Of a DNA stretch of 64,000 nt, positions 1 to 9,253 are shown piece after piece. The position numbers were made by a program, and so were the translations under genes. Source of the stretch: Acidobacteriota bacterium (lineage in GTDB: Bacteria > Acidobacteriota > UBA6911 > RPQK01 > JAJDTT01); the NCBI GenBank assembly GCA_965209055.1, contig OZ242374.1, positions 3,712,001 to 3,776,000 on the forward strand, read 5' to 3'. Under the pieces are notes generated by a model. That model was not told where the DNA came from, did not search any database, and was given only the letters and a program-made list of their open reading frames with translations. Each line of letters opens with the position of its first letter. The first letter of the stretch is position 1.

Positions 1-287
1 AGGTACGGGAGCACCGTCTTCACGGCGGCGTCCGAATCGTAGGATTTCACCGCCAGGAAGAGGATATCGACCGGGCCGAGGCGGTCGAGCCAGTCCGGGC
101 GAACGACCGGCGGACGATGGAGAACCGCCCCCTTCTCGTCTTCGATTCGAAGTCCCGAGTCCCGAATGGCCTGGAACTGCTCGGGCCACGGCTCGATCAG
201 CGTAACGTCGTGTCCCGCGGCGAACATCCGGGCGCCGACCTGCCCCCCGATGGCGCCGGCGCCGAAGACCGCCAGACGTTTTCCCAT
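1..287 (-). CDS. 2-dehydropantoate 2-reductase (ketopantoate reductase) family, 3' part outside window
   Basis: Not in the ORF track. Manual translation from ATG at 287 gives MGKRLAVFGAGAIGG...DILFLAVKSYD: Rossmann GxGxxG plus the KPR-type AVKSYD motif. Confidence 0.8.
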   Translation of the reverse strand, partial: MGKRLAVFGAGAIGGQVGARMFAAGHDVTLIEPWPEQFQAIRDSGLRIEDEKGAVLHRPPVVRPDWLDRLGPVDILFLAVKSYDSDAAVKTVLPY

Positions 288-291
288 TCGG

Positions 292-1452
292 TCAGAGGCG
301 GATCCGCCGCCGGATCTGCTGGTTGGCTTCCCAGTAGGTCTTCTTCAACCGGATCACATCGTCTTCGGGCGCCGGCTGGACCCGTCCACGGGCGTCGACG
401 GCTCGGGAGACCAAGGAGTGCTCGCCCGGCGCGGGATCGTTCCAGACATACGTCCAGAAGGTCCAGCAGTGGGGATGGTCCTTCCCCTCGCCCAACTCGG
501 TCTCCACCCAAGCGCCGTCGTCCAGCTTGAGCTCCACCGCCTTCAAGGGAGTCCCGTCGTTCCAGACCGCGCCCATGACCCGGACGGACCCGCCATCCAT
601 GCGGGTCACCCGGGCCACGATGGACTTGAGATTCATGCGGCCCACCGAGGTTTCGCGCCAGATGGTTTCGCCGTCCCGCTCCTCACCGCGGATCGTGACG
701 TAATCGCGCCCCATGAAGCGGCTCAGGAATTGGCGGTCATGGACCTCGACCCGCCAGAGCCACTTGACCCAGGCCACTCCATACCAACCGGGTACCACCA
801 GCCGGAGCGGAGCGCCGTGGGTCTGACTCAGCGGTTTGCCGTTCATCTCGTAAGCCAGCAGGACCCGGTCCCGAAGCGCCTCCTTGACCGAAAGACTGCG
901 ACCGAAATTCTGCTCGTACTCGTTGCCCCGGATCTCCTCCTTCCCGCGGTCCACTCCGAAGAAGACCACCTCGGTGGCCTCCGGGCTCAGACCGCATTCC
1001 TCAAGGACCGGACCCAACCGGGTCCCGCTCCAGCGGGCATTCCCGACGGCCCCCATGAATCGCTCCGAGGCGCCGTTTCCGGAGCACTCGAGGGTGGCGG
1101 TGTAGTGACTCTTGGGACGGGCCTTCAGGTCCTCCAGGGTCAACGAAAGGGGCTGGTTCACGAATCCGCCGATACTGAGCCTCCACTTCGCCATGTCCAC
1201 TTCGGGGATCCCGTAGTGCTTGACGCTGAAGAAGTCCGACTCGGGCGTGATCCAGGACTCGAGCTGTTCCCACTGGACCATGGGCCGGTCCGGATTCACC
1301 GGCTGGGGATCCAGGAAGGGCACCGCGGTTTCTCCCGCCTCCATGGGAGGCAGCACGAATCCGAGTACGGAAGGGTGAAGGAGGGAAGCGCCGGTCGCCG
1401 CCAAACCGCCGCGCAGCCACTCTCGTCGTGAAAGCGATCGTCTGTCTCTCAT
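292..1452 (-). CDS. Sulfite oxidase-family molybdopterin oxidoreductase, Tat-exported
   Basis: SRREWL Tat motif, TLECSGN Moco cysteine, HGAPLRLVVPGWYG and VKWL motifs, C-terminal dimerisation domain. Confidence 0.9.
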   Translation of the reverse strand: MRDRRSLSRREWLRGGLAATGASLLHPSVLGFVLPPMEAGETAVPFLDPQPVNPDRPMVQWEQLESWITPESDFFSVKHYGIPEVDMAKWRLSIGGFVNQPLSLTLEDLKARPKSHYTATLECSGNGASERFMGAVGNARWSGTRLGPVLEECGLSPEATEVVFFGVDRGKEEIRGNEYEQNFGRSLSVKEALRDRVLLAYEMNGKPLSQTHGAPLRLVVPGWYGVAWVKWLWRVEVHDRQFLSRFMGRDYVTIRGEERDGETIWRETSVGRMNLKSIVARVTRMDGGSVRVMGAVWNDGTPLKAVELKLDDGAWVETELGEGKDHPHCWTFWTYVWNDPAPGEHSLVSRAVDARGRVQPAPEDDVIRLKKTYWEANQQIRRRIRL

Positions 1453-1525
1453 GGCATATCTCCGTCAATTCCGAATCTTGGTGGGTTCGAACTCATGCTA
1501 GCAGCACCTCTCTCAACCCGCCACG

Positions 1526-1585
1526 CCAGGAGGGGGGACTGTTAGTCCCCCCGTGACGCGGGGGTTAACAACCCCCGCTCCTAAC
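1526..1585. repeat. REP doublet (REPIN-like): two inverted GGAG-headed palindromes
   Basis: CCAGGAG-GGGGGACT GTT AGTCCCCC on + and TAGGAG-CGGGGGTT GTT AACCCCCG on -, intergenic. Confidence 0.75.
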
Positions 1586-1587
1586 TC

Positions 1588-2904
1588 TCATCTCCTCATC
1601 TTCCCAGCCAACTCCCGGGCCTTGGCGCCGTGGAAACGGGCTTTCTCGAAGGCTCCGCTGGACTGGTAGATCTGTTCCAGCAGTTGATGGTGATTGGGAT
1701 CCTGATCGTTCAGTTCCAGCGCCTTGCGGGCCATCGGTTCGGCCTCGTCCAGCCGTTGCCGGTAGAGGAATGAGAGCGCCTTGATGAAGGGGCCCGAAGG
1801 ATTCGTGGGATCGACCCGCATGATCCGGTCGGCCAGGGCGCCGGTCTGTTCCAGGTTTCCCCGTTCCATTTCCAGCCGGGCCGCCGTGGAGAGCAGACCC
1901 GTGTCCTGGGGACAGGCGTTCAGACCCCTTGCGGCGGCGTCCCAGGCCTCCCGGTGTCGCTGGGTCCGCCGTTCGACCAATACCATCAGGAGGAACGCCT
2001 CGCAGATCCGGCCGCCCCAGTCCAGATAACGGCGAAGGTGCGTGCCGGCATCCAAGAGATTCCCCCGCCTGAAGCTGAGCTTGCCCCGGCCGAAACCGGT
2101 CAGATGGGTGTTCGGCTGCAGTCTCTCCGCGCGGGCGTAGGCATCCAGAGCCGCCCGCTCATCGCCGATTTCCAGGTTCGCGTCGCCCAGGTCGGCGAAC
2201 ACCTCCGCGCTGGCCCGCGGCGAAGCGGACATCCAGCGAAGGGTCTTGAGGCGTCCGCGCAGATGGGCTCTCCGGCGGTGGTTCCTCAGCACCGCCTGCC
2301 CTTCCGCCTCCTTGCCCTGGCGCAGGAGGCTGGTCCCCAGATTGAAGAGGATGTTCTCGTGGCCCGGATTCAGCCGCAGGACCTTTCGGAAGTTCCGTTC
2401 CGCGGCGGGGTGCCGGCCCTCCTTCAGGTCCAGTTCCCCCAGGTGGAAGAGAGCCGTCGGCTCCTCGGGCCTCAGTTGAAGCACCAGTTCCAACTCCCGG
2501 CGGGCGTCCGGGTCACGGCCCATGCGGAGGTACGCGACCCCGAGACTCAGTCTCAGCTCCCAACTGTCGAGACCCTTGTCCAGAGCCTTCCGGAAATTCC
2601 CGACAGCTTCCGGGTAGTTGCGAAGGGAGGTCTGACAGATGCCGGCCAGATAGTGGATGACCGGCGACGGGTTGGGAGCCTTCAGCAGTTGCTCGAGGTC
2701 GGCCAGCGCCCCCAGGTAGTCCTGGTGCAGCTTCATCTTCTCCATGGCGCTGTCGGGCGACGGTCCCGGCTGGCTCCGGATTCCTCCCGCGAGGCAGAAG
2801 ACGACTGCCATACAAGGGAGGAGCCTGGAGATAGCGACAGGAGGAGATGCGATCACGTCTTGCGTCTCCGGTCCAAGGAGCACCGGCACGACGCAGGATA
2901 CCAT
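1588..2904 (-). CDS. Tetratricopeptide repeat protein (start uncertain)
   Basis: Repeated TPR-like helices (ALFHLG, ILFNLG, LSLGVAY) after a hydrophobic N-terminal segment. Confidence 0.8.
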   Translation of the reverse strand: MVSCVVPVLLGPETQDVIASPPVAISRLLPCMAVVFCLAGGIRSQPGPSPDSAMEKMKLHQDYLGALADLEQLLKAPNPSPVIHYLAGICQTSLRNYPEAVGNFRKALDKGLDSWELRLSLGVAYLRMGRDPDARRELELVLQLRPEEPTALFHLGELDLKEGRHPAAERNFRKVLRLNPGHENILFNLGTSLLRQGKEAEGQAVLRNHRRRAHLRGRLKTLRWMSASPRASAEVFADLGDANLEIGDERAALDAYARAERLQPNTHLTGFGRGKLSFRRGNLLDAGTHLRRYLDWGGRICEAFLLMVLVERRTQRHREAWDAAARGLNACPQDTGLLSTAARLEMERGNLEQTGALADRIMRVDPTNPSGPFIKALSFLYRQRLDEAEPMARKALELNDQDPNHHQLLEQIYQSSGAFEKARFHGAKARELAGKMRR

Positions 2905-3010
2905 GACCGCGGGGTTCTTCCGTTTTTCTTGGGGTTCCGGATCCGGCCCCGGACGGGCGATTCTCCAGGTCTCGTAGTAGACTGACCGGGAATTACAGGA
3001 GGGAATTGAG

Positions 3011-4429
3011 ATGACATTGCAGTCTGCGACCGATCGTCGGCGGTTCTTTGCCCAGATGGGAGCCCTGTCGTTGCTCTCCCAGGGCCCCGGCGGGAGTACT
3101 CAGGCGAAGGCGGCGGCCAAGGAGTATGCCGATCTGGCCACGCGCAGATTCAGAAAACATATCGAAGGCGCCAGAAATGCCATTCTGGACGAGATCAAGC
3201 CGACCCCCGCCCAGTTGGAGCATGGCCTCGAACTCCACCGGGAATCCATCGTCTGCGATCTCTATGGAGGGTCCAATCCGGTTCATGTGACCGGGTTCTA
3301 CTCCGAGTCGATGAAGGCTTGGGCGCTCGGCGTCCTGGACCGGGAGCCGGACCCGGAGCGGAAACGGAAGCTGTTCATTTCCACCGTCCGGCCGCAGATT
3401 CAGAAATGGCGCGCGCTGGAGGTGGTTCACGATCCCGGTTTCCAGGCCAACCACCGGTTGGCGTGGGAGACTTCCCAAGTCGACCTGGGTCTCGCCGATG
3501 TGGCCTGGGCTCCCGAGGGTGAAGACGAGCGGTTCTCCCTGGAGTACCTGGCCAGCGAAGCCTACGCCTTCGACCATCTCGACTATATGGAGAAATTCCT
3601 TCGAGTCGAGGACCTGGAGGGATTCAAGAAGGAGGGAAAGCATGCCGTCATCTGGCACGTTGGCCGGCCCGACGCCTGTTTTGCCGGTCCTCACATCAAG
3701 GACCCCATCAAGAGTCTCGATTTCTACTACGCATTCGGCGTTCGGCACTGCCAGTTGACCAACAGCACCCGGAACCAGGTGGGAACCTCCCATTATCAGG
3801 AGGTGGACACGGGTCTCACCGAAATGGGGGAAGCCGTGATCCGGCGCATGAACGAGCTGGGCATGATGGTGGATCTCTCCCATTGCGGTACGCAGACGAC
3901 GTTGGACGCCATCCGCGCCTCGCAGGAGCCGGTGCTCATCAGCCACACGGCTTGCCGCGCGCTGTCCCGCGGCGGCAAGAGCCCGAACCGAAACGCCACC
4001 GACGAGGCGATTCGAAATACAGCCGGCAAAGGAGGCATGATCGGGATCATCACCGTGCCCAATCTGTTGGGCGGATTCGGGGCGGAGAGCGTCTATCGGC
4101 ACCTGGACCACGCCATCAAGCTGGTGGGGGTGGACCATGTCGGGCTGGCCTCGGATCAGGGTCCCATGGGCCGGGCCGTGCAGGCTCCGGAAATCGTCGA
4201 GATCCTGAAACCCCGAGAGTTTCTAGCCACCGGTTTCAAGGGCACGAAGACCTACTGGGAGTGGGAGACCGGGCCCCGTCCCCTGTCCTTGGTCAATGCT
4301 CCCTATCTGACTGTGGGGCTGGTGGTGCGAGGCTACTCGGACGACGATATTCGAAAGATCATAGGCGGCAATTTCCTCAGGGTGGCCGGGACCATCATGG
4401 ACAAGCAGCCCCGGGGACGATTGACCTGA
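3011..4429 (+). CDS. Membrane dipeptidase (M19) family, Tat-exported
   Basis: DRRRFF Tat motif; GLTEMG..IRRMNELGMMVDLSH, ISHT, RNATDE, HVGLASD, IIGGNFLRV motifs; good RBS. Confidence 0.88.
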   Translation: MTLQSATDRRRFFAQMGALSLLSQGPGGSTQAKAAAKEYADLATRRFRKHIEGARNAILDEIKPTPAQLEHGLELHRESIVCDLYGGSNPVHVTGFYSESMKAWALGVLDREPDPERKRKLFISTVRPQIQKWRALEVVHDPGFQANHRLAWETSQVDLGLADVAWAPEGEDERFSLEYLASEAYAFDHLDYMEKFLRVEDLEGFKKEGKHAVIWHVGRPDACFAGPHIKDPIKSLDFYYAFGVRHCQLTNSTRNQVGTSHYQEVDTGLTEMGEAVIRRMNELGMMVDLSHCGTQTTLDAIRASQEPVLISHTACRALSRGGKSPNRNATDEAIRNTAGKGGMIGIITVPNLLGGFGAESVYRHLDHAIKLVGVDHVGLASDQGPMGRAVQAPEIVEILKPREFLATGFKGTKTYWEWETGPRPLSLVNAPYLTVGLVVRGYSDDDIRKIIGGNFLRVAGTIMDKQPRGRLT

Positions 4430-4479
4430 TTCGAAATTGAGCCGCGGCCGTCCGGACGGGCTCGGCGGCATTGGGAGAA

Positions 4480-7400
4480 ATGACGATGGAGTTGAATCTG
4501 TGTCTCCGAACGGCTGGACGTTTCGTGGCGGGAGCAATCCTCATCCCGCTCCTGGGATGCGGGGGTGAAGAGGATACGCGGGATCCGCTCCGGAAGATCC
4601 TGGACATCTCCCGTGACGAAGCGGCCCTGGCCGAGTATCTCCAGCCGATCCCGCCTAAGGAGCCGCAGGAAGCCCTGGAATCGTTCGAGGCCGTCGATGG
4701 ATTCCGCATGGAGATGGTGGCCCATGAGCCTCTCGTGAACGACCCGGTAGCGGCCGCATTCGACGAGAACGGCCGCCTCTACGTGGCCGAGATGCGGGAC
4801 TACCCGTACCAGCCGGGACCGGGCGAGAAGCCCATCGGAGTGGTCCGCCTGCTGGAGGACACCGACGGCGACGGCACGCTGGACCGGAGCCACATCTTTG
4901 CCGACGAGTTGTTGTGGCCCACCGGAGTGACGGTCTGGAACGGAGGGGTCTACGTCACCGCTCCTCCCGACATCTGGTACCTCAAGGACACCGACGGCGA
5001 CAACAAGGCCGACATCCGGAAGAAGGTCTACTCGGGCTTCGGACACCAGAACGAGCAGCAGATGATGAACAACATCATCATGGGAGTGGACCATTGGATC
5101 TATGGGATCGCCTCCGGAAACGCCGGCGAGATCCGGTCTCTGGAGAATCCGGACGCTCCTCCGGTCTCCCTGGGCGCCCGGGATTACCGTTTCGATCCCG
5201 TGAGCGGCCGGTTCGAGACCACCACCCAGACCTTCCAGTTCGGGCACGCCTTCGACGAATGGTTCAACCGCTTCGTCTGCAACCAGGGGATGCCGGGACG
5301 CCACGTGGTGTTGCCGGCCCGCTACCTGGAACGGAACCCCCACCTTTTCTACGATTTGCACCGGTGGCTGGGACCGGGCGCCAACCAGGTGAAGCCCCTG
5401 GTCCAGGGGCAGACCCGCCTCTACAAGATCAGCCCCGTGGAGCGCTGGCGCACCATTCGGCAGGCTCGGCGCATCTTCGCCGGGTCGTACTCCCGAAGCG
5501 CCGGCGTCGGCCACGACTACCTGACGGCCGGCTCGGGGGTGACCATGTACACGGGCCACGCCTACCCGGAGAAGTATCGCGGCAGCTACTTCATGGGCGC
5601 CAACACGGGCAACCTGATCCACCGCCGGGTTCTCATCGACGACGGAGTCAGCTTCCGCTCCGAGCGGGGGGAGGGGGAGAACTCGGAGTTCGTCCGTTCC
5701 ACCGACACCTGGTTCCGGCCGGTCAATGCGGTCAACGCGCCGGACGGAACCGTCTACTTTCTGGACATGTCCCGGGAGCTCATCGAGGCGACCCATGTCC
5801 CCGAACGCGTGATGAAGCACCTGGATTTCACCAGCGGAAGAGACCGGGGACGCATCTATCGCCTGGCGCCCCCGGGGTTCGTGTCGCCGCCTCCGCCCCG
5901 GTTGGGCGAGGCGACGATCGAGGAGTTGGTCTCCCATCTCGAGCACGACGGGGGCTGGTGGCGGGCGACGGCCCACCGGTTGATCCGCGAGCGGGAGGAC
6001 CGGTCGGCGGCGCCCCTCCTGCGGCGGCTTCTCAGAGAAAGTTCTCGTCCCCTGGCCCGGATGCATGCTCTCTGGTCCTTGCAGGGGCTCGGCTCACTCC
6101 GGGACCGGGATCTGCTGCGGGGTCTCGGGGATGCCGAAGCCGGGGTCCGGGTCCATGCCGTCCGACTGGCCGAATCCCGTTTGAATCGTTCCCGCGCCCT
6201 GTTCCGGAAGGTGTCGGATCTGGCCCAGGACCCAGAAATCCGGGTCCGGTTCCAGGTTGCCCTGAGTCTGGGCGAGGTGAGGGGGCAGCGGTCCCTTCCC
6301 GCACTGGTCCGGATCTCGCGGATGGATACCGGCGACTTCTGGGTCCGGAATGCCGTCCTGAGTTCCTGTGCCGATTTTCCCCACCAATTGTTCGCCCGGT
6401 TGGCGAACGAGGAAACGTTTCTCGCCCAACCCGAATCGGTCCAGTGGTTGTCCCGGCTCGCGCGGGCCGTGGGTGCCCGGAACCGCGCACGGGAGTTGAG
6501 GAGGGTCCTGGGCGCCTTGGCCGCCAATCCGGTGCTGGCCGCCAGACCGTCCGCACGGCAGGAGATCATCATCGGCATGGCCGAGGGACTGGCCCATTCA
6601 GGCGGCTCGCTTTTGGGTCTGCGAAGACTCCCCGCCTCTGCCCTTTCCATGATCACTGCCCACATGGAGCGCGCGGGCAAGATCGCCGCTGACGAGGCCG
6701 CTTCTTTGGAGGACCGGCTCCAATCCATCCGGCTGCTTCGCCATGATCGGCTGAATCGGGTGAAGCCCGCACTGGCCTCCCTGGTGGATCCCCTGCAGCC
6801 CCAGGATCTCCAAATCGCGGCGATCGACGCCTTGGCGGGCTTCGACAGCCCGGAAATACCCGGCATCCTCCTCAAGGACTGGATGACGCATTCTCCCCGA
6901 ACCCGGAGCAAGATCCTGGAGACCCTCTTCGCTCGACAGGAATGGACCGAGGGCCTGCTTCAGGCGGTCTCGGAGGAGTCGGTGGCAGCCAACCAGATCG
7001 ACGCCAAGCGCCGGGAGCTCCTCCTGAACCATGAAGACGAGTCCATCCGGGAGCAGGCGGTCCGGCTCCTGGGGTCCGAGCAACTGGAGTCTCGTCAGGA
7101 AGCGCTGGCCGATTTTCAGGCCAGCTTGTCCCTGACCGGCGACCACAAACGGGGCGAGGCCGTCTACCGGCGGGAATGCATCAAGTGCCACCGGCTCTCA
7201 TCCCGCGAACATCCCATCGGACCGAACCTGATCCGCGGCACGGAGAAGGACCCCGAGTCGCTCCTGGTGAACATCCTGGATCCCAACCGTTTCGTGGAGC
7301 CCCAATACCTGCAGTACGTGGCGACGGACCTGAAGGGCGGGCTCTACACCGGCCTGCTCCGGGATGAGACGGCGACGAGCGTGACGCTGGTGGAGGGGGA

Positions 7401-7653
7401 CGACCTGAGCAACACCCTGTTGCGGAAGAACATCAAGGAGATCCGGGCCACGACCAATTCCCTCATGCCCGAGGGTCTGGAAGAAAACATCAACCACCAG
7501 GAGATGGCCGACCTGATCACCTTCATCCTCAAGTATCAGTACGAGGTCGGCACGGAGAGCGCCGGCATCGGTTACGGGGAGGAGGTCTACGAGGAGATGA
7601 TGCTCCACCCGTCACTGAGGCCGGAGAATCAGGCTCAGCAGAAGGGGGATTAG
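4480..7653 (+). CDS. PVC-type membrane-bound dehydrogenase-like protein with HEAT repeats and C-terminal c-type heme (CxxCH)
   Basis: EPLVNDPVAAAFDENGRLYVAEMRDYP propeller start, WFRPVN, HEAT-like middle, CIKCH...IGPNL and SLMPEGLE heme domain; lipobox-like LLGC. Confidence 0.88.
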   Translation: MTMELNLCLRTAGRFVAGAILIPLLGCGGEEDTRDPLRKILDISRDEAALAEYLQPIPPKEPQEALESFEAVDGFRMEMVAHEPLVNDPVAAAFDENGRLYVAEMRDYPYQPGPGEKPIGVVRLLEDTDGDGTLDRSHIFADELLWPTGVTVWNGGVYVTAPPDIWYLKDTDGDNKADIRKKVYSGFGHQNEQQMMNNIIMGVDHWIYGIASGNAGEIRSLENPDAPPVSLGARDYRFDPVSGRFETTTQTFQFGHAFDEWFNRFVCNQGMPGRHVVLPARYLERNPHLFYDLHRWLGPGANQVKPLVQGQTRLYKISPVERWRTIRQARRIFAGSYSRSAGVGHDYLTAGSGVTMYTGHAYPEKYRGSYFMGANTGNLIHRRVLIDDGVSFRSERGEGENSEFVRSTDTWFRPVNAVNAPDGTVYFLDMSRELIEATHVPERVMKHLDFTSGRDRGRIYRLAPPGFVSPPPPRLGEATIEELVSHLEHDGGWWRATAHRLIREREDRSAAPLLRRLLRESSRPLARMHALWSLQGLGSLRDRDLLRGLGDAEAGVRVHAVRLAESRLNRSRALFRKVSDLAQDPEIRVRFQVALSLGEVRGQRSLPALVRISRMDTGDFWVRNAVLSSCADFPHQLFARLANEETFLAQPESVQWLSRLARAVGARNRARELRRVLGALAANPVLAARPSARQEIIIGMAEGLAHSGGSLLGLRRLPASALSMITAHMERAGKIAADEAASLEDRLQSIRLLRHDRLNRVKPALASLVDPLQPQDLQIAAIDALAGFDSPEIPGILLKDWMTHSPRTRSKILETLFARQEWTEGLLQAVSEESVAANQIDAKRRELLLNHEDESIREQAVRLLGSEQLESRQEALADFQASLSLTGDHKRGEAVYRRECIKCHRLSSREHPIGPNLIRGTEKDPESLLVNILDPNRFVEPQYLQYVATDLKGGLYTGLLRDETATSVTLVEGDDLSNTLLRKNIKEIRATTNSLMPEGLEENINHQEMADLITFILKYQYEVGTESAGIGYGEEVYEEMMLHPSLRPENQAQQKGD

Positions 7654-7689
7654 CTGGTTTCAGTGTAGGTGTAGAAATGAATACGTGAG

Positions 7690-8259
7690 GTGAGCACGCT
7701 GTATCTTGATGGTATTCACAGCATCACAACTATCGTATTCATAGTCGATATTATCGCACTGTTTCTGCTGCTGGTCGGAATCGTCTGGTCTGTGGTTTGG
7801 CCCGACCGCCGGATCTGGCCTCCGCCGGGACGCTGGTCCTGGCAGTATGTCCTGACTTGGATCTGCTACTGCGCGGTCTCAGGGTGCAACTTGGCCCTGC
7901 TGCTTCTTGACTGGAATTCCTGGATCTTTGCGGGCGATCTCCGGTTCCTGGTCGGCATCCCTCTGGCTTTGCTGTTAGGACTGCTGGCGTTCTGGGGAGT
8001 CGTCACCATCGGCTGGAAGAACTCGTCGGGTGTGAGGCACGGCTTCATTTCCTTCGGACCCTACCGGTTTACCCGAAACCCGCAATACCTCGGCGACAAG
8101 GTGTTCTTCCAGCGCCTGAGCATCGTCGCCAACTCGGAACTTCTGTGGATCACTCATGCGCTGCTCGCCCTGGTGTTCATCATCGCGCCCCTGAGTGAGG
8201 AGGTGTGGCTGAAGGAGGAATACGAGCGGTATCGGCGAAACACGCCGCGATTCTTGTGA
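7690..8259 (+). CDS. Isoprenylcysteine carboxyl methyltransferase / PEMT-family membrane protein
   Basis: Several TM segments; GPYRFTRNPQYLG and EE..L...Y..Y...TPRF motifs. Confidence 0.75.
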   Translation: MSTLYLDGIHSITTIVFIVDIIALFLLLVGIVWSVVWPDRRIWPPPGRWSWQYVLTWICYCAVSGCNLALLLLDWNSWIFAGDLRFLVGIPLALLLGLLAFWGVVTIGWKNSSGVRHGFISFGPYRFTRNPQYLGDKVFFQRLSIVANSELLWITHALLALVFIIAPLSEEVWLKEEYERYRRNTPRFL

Positions 8260-8317
8260 GCTCGGCTGCGTCCGGTTCTTTTGGGATGACCAGGTAGGCC
8301 CAGGTTAGCTGGCTAGA

Positions 8318-8385
8318 GGCCGCGCGAGGAGGCCGCGAGGAGGCCGCGGTAGGGGACAGTCACCTCTTCTCAGCACCTCCTCTCT
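8318..8385 (+). repeat. GGGGACAG-core site A with stutter repeats
   Basis: GAGGCCGC x3 then AGGGGACAGTCACCTC at 8351-8366. Confidence 0.7.
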
Positions 8386-8394
8386 CGCGCTTCT

Positions 8395-8415
8395 TGTTAT
8401 CATGATCTGATAACA
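8395..8415. promoter_or_regulatory. Candidate operator of the TA pair
   Basis: Perfect inverted repeat TGTTATCA-N5-TGATAACA immediately upstream of the 8423 start. Confidence 0.65.
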
Positions 8416-8422
8416 TCAGTCG

Positions 8423-8785
8423 ATGACGACGCCGGACCGAGACCCCGGACTGGACACGCTGCTCGACCTTCACGGCGAGACGCTGTTTGTGAACGACACG
8501 GGGCATTGGGTGAAGTTCGTTGTAATACGGACCGAAGTAACACCCGAACGACCACACGGCCTCCGCTACTCGTTAACGCTGCACGCGCCGGATGGCGCCA
8601 GATTGGTTGGATTCGACAATGCACATCCGGTTAGGGAGCGGCCAGGCCCGGGCAGGCGTCGACGGACAGAGCGCGACCATCGGCATCGGCTGCGGAAGAT
8701 CCGGTCCTATGCATACAGAGACGCGGCAACTCTCCTGGAGGATTTCTGGAAAGAAGTGGACCAAGTTCTTGGAGAAGGAGGCTAG
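8423..8785 (+). CDS. DUF6516 / TumE-like putative toxin
   Basis: RPHGLRYSLTLH..G.RLVGFDNAH and DHRH...LLEDFW motifs, upstream of an HTH gene. Confidence 0.75.
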   Translation: MTTPDRDPGLDTLLDLHGETLFVNDTGHWVKFVVIRTEVTPERPHGLRYSLTLHAPDGARLVGFDNAHPVRERPGPGRRRRTERDHRHRLRKIRSYAYRDAATLLEDFWKEVDQVLGEGG

Positions 8786-8790
8786 ATTCC

Positions 8791-9159
8791 ATGAAGACAC
8801 TGAAGATCGGGATCGCCGGCTACGACCAGATGAAGGCGCGCACCCTGGCGATTGCTCGCGGCGACCACACGCCCGCGAAGGGTGAGCCGAAGGTGTGGTT
8901 CACCTCGATCGAGAGCTTTGCGAAGTTGCTTTCCGAGCACAACCGGCATCTTCTGGAGTTGATTGCCCGTGAGAAACCGCGTTCGCTCACGGAACTCGCT
9001 GAGATAGCCGGGCGAAGCAAGTCGAACCTTTCTCGGACCCTGAAGATGATGTCTCAATACGGGCTCGTGGAATTGAGACACGGAGAACGTGGGAGGCTGG
9101 TACCTCGGGTGCCATACGACCACGTGAGGCTCGATGTCTCGTTGACTTCCACGCGGTGA
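8791..9159 (+). CDS. HTH putative antitoxin / transcriptional regulator (HVO_A0114-like)
   Basis: WFTSIESFAKLLSEHN, SLTELAEIAGRSKSNLSRTLK HTH; 5 bp after the preceding gene. Confidence 0.8.
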   Translation: MKTLKIGIAGYDQMKARTLAIARGDHTPAKGEPKVWFTSIESFAKLLSEHNRHLLELIAREKPRSLTELAEIAGRSKSNLSRTLKMMSQYGLVELRHGERGRLVPRVPYDHVRLDVSLTSTR

Positions 9160-9172
9160 AGCACGCGCGCGC

Positions 9173-9210
9173 GGAAGGGACAGTCACCTCCATCTAGTGT
9201 CACCTCCGTC
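9173..9210 (+). repeat. GGGACAG-core site B
   Basis: GGAAGGGACAGTCACCTCC followed by a second GTCACCTCC. Confidence 0.7.
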
Positions 9211-9253
9211 TCGCCGCGCGAGTTCCCAAAGCTGCCGCGGCCACCGGTAACGG

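Noticed and set aside
1470-1505. GGTTCGAA T-loop-like motif suggesting a tRNA
   Set aside because: No cloverleaf or acceptor stem can be formed.
7650-8312. TTAGCTGG on both sides of the PEMT-like gene as a target duplication
   Set aside because: Only 8 bp; cannot be distinguished from chance without an empty-site comparison.
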